Made by a program: the position numbers and the translations under genes. This document shows positions 61,422-64,000 of a stretch of DNA of 64,000 nt, piece after piece. The notes below the pieces were generated by a model that saw nothing but the letters and a program-made list of their open reading frames with translations, was not told the origin of the DNA and did not search any database. The DNA comes from Tubulanus polymorphus (taxonomy: Eukaryota > Animalia > Nemertea), in assembly GCF_964204645.1 (NCBI RefSeq), contig NC_134033.1, positions 11,354,655 to 11,418,654 of the forward strand, in the 5' to 3' direction. Numbering within the stretch: position 1 is the stretch's first letter; the number at the start of each line of letters is the position of its first letter.

Positions 61422-64000
61422 TTTTAAAGCGTTCTATTCTCAGTTACGATTCTCTTGCGAGACTACGATTTTTCGAACTAATGATGATGGCGTGTGCATC
61501 CCATTGATTGAGAGCGTGACTAGCGAGACACTCATTTCGGTACCAGAAAATGAAGCGCGACCAACTTTCGACAAATTTTAATAATGGGAAAAATTGAACG
61601 CGCGTAAGCTAGGCGGGAGCGATGCAATTAACGAACTCGAAACGTATACGAAAATAACTCCTTAGCACGAAATAAATCGTTATTCCGCGAAACATACGAC
61701 ATCCTTATCAGAATCAGGTATCGCTAAACAGTGGACTCGGTGTATACTCGGTATGTAAACAGGGTCATTATCTAAGTGACCAGTCTGGTGTCAGATCGTT
61801 ATGTATATTATATAGGCAGTTCATATGCATAGATAATAAATGATACATAGCACCTGCCACGAGTCCAGGCTACAGATTGGTACCTGCATTTACCAGGTCG
61901 AGTACTGTGTATTCTTGAAAAACCTCACCAGTTTTATCTCAGTTTTATTTACGTAAACAATCTTGAGAAACGCCGGAATGCGCTGAAATGTGCTGTCAGT
62001 ATCTGACCACATTTCAGTCGCCATCGAGCCGAAATCCGTTATATAGTGATTGATTAATATCTCTAGTGATATCTATATTATAAAGGGGAAACTCTCATTT
62101 TTCGTAACCAGTTTCCGCGAAATCTCTTCGTTGTTTGGTCATGAAACTTGGCATGTACACGGAGGAATAGTTTCTCATGGTAGAGATAACAATTTCATTT
62201 AGATCCAGGGTCTAAATGTGGGAGAATGTGGGAGATTCTATGGTTTGGGAATAATTGACTGTTTTGTATCGTTACGACAGCGTTTAACTCGCAAACTTGT
62301 GATGAAACTCGCTATAAAGTGTCGATTTGATTAACTTAACAATTAAATATTACCTGTTTTTAATTTTGGAATGGTTTATATTCTATTCGCGATCATTAAA
62401 AAGTCCATACGTATAAGTTCATCACATAGAGTTGTTTATCCGATACTATATGTACACATGAAGAATATCTTAAGACCGAAGAGAAGCGAAATAATATTGT
62501 TCCTAAATATTCCCAGGTCCGATAAATAAATATACATAGTGCTATTTATTCATACATAACCGATCATTTTGAACTATTATATAATACTTACAATTGAATA
62601 GATATCTAGGAAAGATTTAGAATGTGGAAAACATTATGAAATAACTGTATCGACCGTATCAACCAGGACCATTGCGATACCGTGGAACGGGAATAAACTT
62701 CAAGATATTTTGCTCCCTCGCCCAACAAACACAGAACCAAATAAGAATATTTGCACGGTGCAGAAGGCAATTTGATAAGCCAAAATTGTACGGATTACCG
62801 GCGCTCGCTAAATGCTGCATGTCTGTCGTGTTCAGAGCCAAATCAATCATCGACGCAGTAGAAATCGAATTTACGGTTTACATTTTTGCGTTCGGGTAGA
62901 AAACGAACATTAGAATCGTGTTAAACAGATGTACGGATCGGAAATTCCGTAAGACTTCTGAACGACGAGAAATCGCAGCAGCTTCGGAACACTGGATTAT
63001 CAGCAGCCCAGCACAATGATTCTAGACGAGTTCAAATCAATATGTAGTATTTATATTTATACATCTAGTGAAAATCACTTTACCTTATGTTAAGTCATTT
63101 TTAACACGAGAAATGGCTGATGGCTTACAGCGGACCAGTTTCTATCTTCAGAAAAGGCAATCGGTTACAAAACTGCAAGGAAAATCGTGGATTTTACTCT
63201 TGGTTTTATCCAAATACAATACCGAGCAGCGTCTCGTAAATCCTATCAGTTGAAACCACCGGTTTACTCTAAAGACAGAAGTGGTCAAGTTTTATGGAAA
63301 AAAAGCACAGCACTGTCAGCTCTATCGTACAAGATAAGAAGCGAAAACGAGAGTAGTTTGCGTTACTCACCAGTGATCTATCTATGCATATAACATCATA
63401 AATATCAGCCGTATCCAACGAGCATCGCAGCCGTATCCTAGCCGTACGTATACTATCGTCTGCTATAGCAGTGTGTGCTGCGCGTATACCATCAGCATCC
63501 GGGTTTCAGCTGAGAAGCTACTAACAACAGATTCCGTGCGTTGCTGCACCAGACTCCATGGTTGCAGCGTCCACTGTAGGTCGTAGCGGACAGTTCGCGT
63601 ACAGTTGCGCGTACTCAATCCTTAATTGCGTTTACAGCACAGGCTTCTTATCAAAACAACCACGTAAATTCTAGAGCTTTTCTTTTCTATTTATCAATGC
63701 ATTGAATCTAAGAACTTTCGAAATATGAGTATCCGAGATTTTTTAGAAATCACCTCAAGCCATAAACACTACGTAGATTTAAATTTCGCTATATCGATAA
63801 TTAATTATTGCGCTTTTAAATCAATTTCAATATCAGTGGTCTCTTGTAGTTAGTTTGTATTTTTGTTGGGTAACAGATTTTTGTTTATCGTCTCGTTTTT
63901 TCGTGCCATAGAAAAATGAGTCGTAGACGCTTGTAAAACTTTAAAGGGTAACTGACACTTTTTAAAAGATTTTCTACTTTTTACACTAAACGATATATTA

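Noticed and set aside
56700-63400. Short ORFs at 56750-57040, 58125-58340, 60999-61382 and 62659-62899
   Set aside because: None has a recognisable domain or a consistent splice chain. The 61-kb ORFs lie within a piggyBac-like MITE.

Overview
This is AT-rich, intron-containing animal DNA. The repeat landscape and one gene family suggest a lophotrochozoan invertebrate (inference). I reconstructed four conserved protein-coding genes by hand from GT-AG splice sites and exon phases. (1) The first two coding exons of a CAB39/MO25 gene on the - strand, running off the left edge. (2) A complete 10-exon importin alpha-3/4-type gene (-, 523 aa). (3) A complete long-chain acyl-CoA synthetase ACSL3/4-type gene with 13 coding exons (+, 709 aa). 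(4) A DUF229-type alkaline-phosphatase-superfamily membrane protein with a single coding exon (-, 671 aa). The most unusual item is inside ACSL coding intron 9: a same-strand, intronless, TATA-containing 117-aa gene, preceded by a duplicated TAATTA-rich module and followed immediately by a frameshifted tandem paralogue. Two minisatellites can be traced to their source within the window. A 29-bp array is an internal expansion of the B-box/T-arm of a tRNA-derived SINE. A 16-bp array matches codons of the DUF229 gene and sits in an apparently decayed paralogue fragment. The rest is MITEs, SINE fragments, Helentron-like hairpins, a 5'-truncated tRNA-Gly copy and simple repeats. Most short ORFs in the supplied track are spurious.
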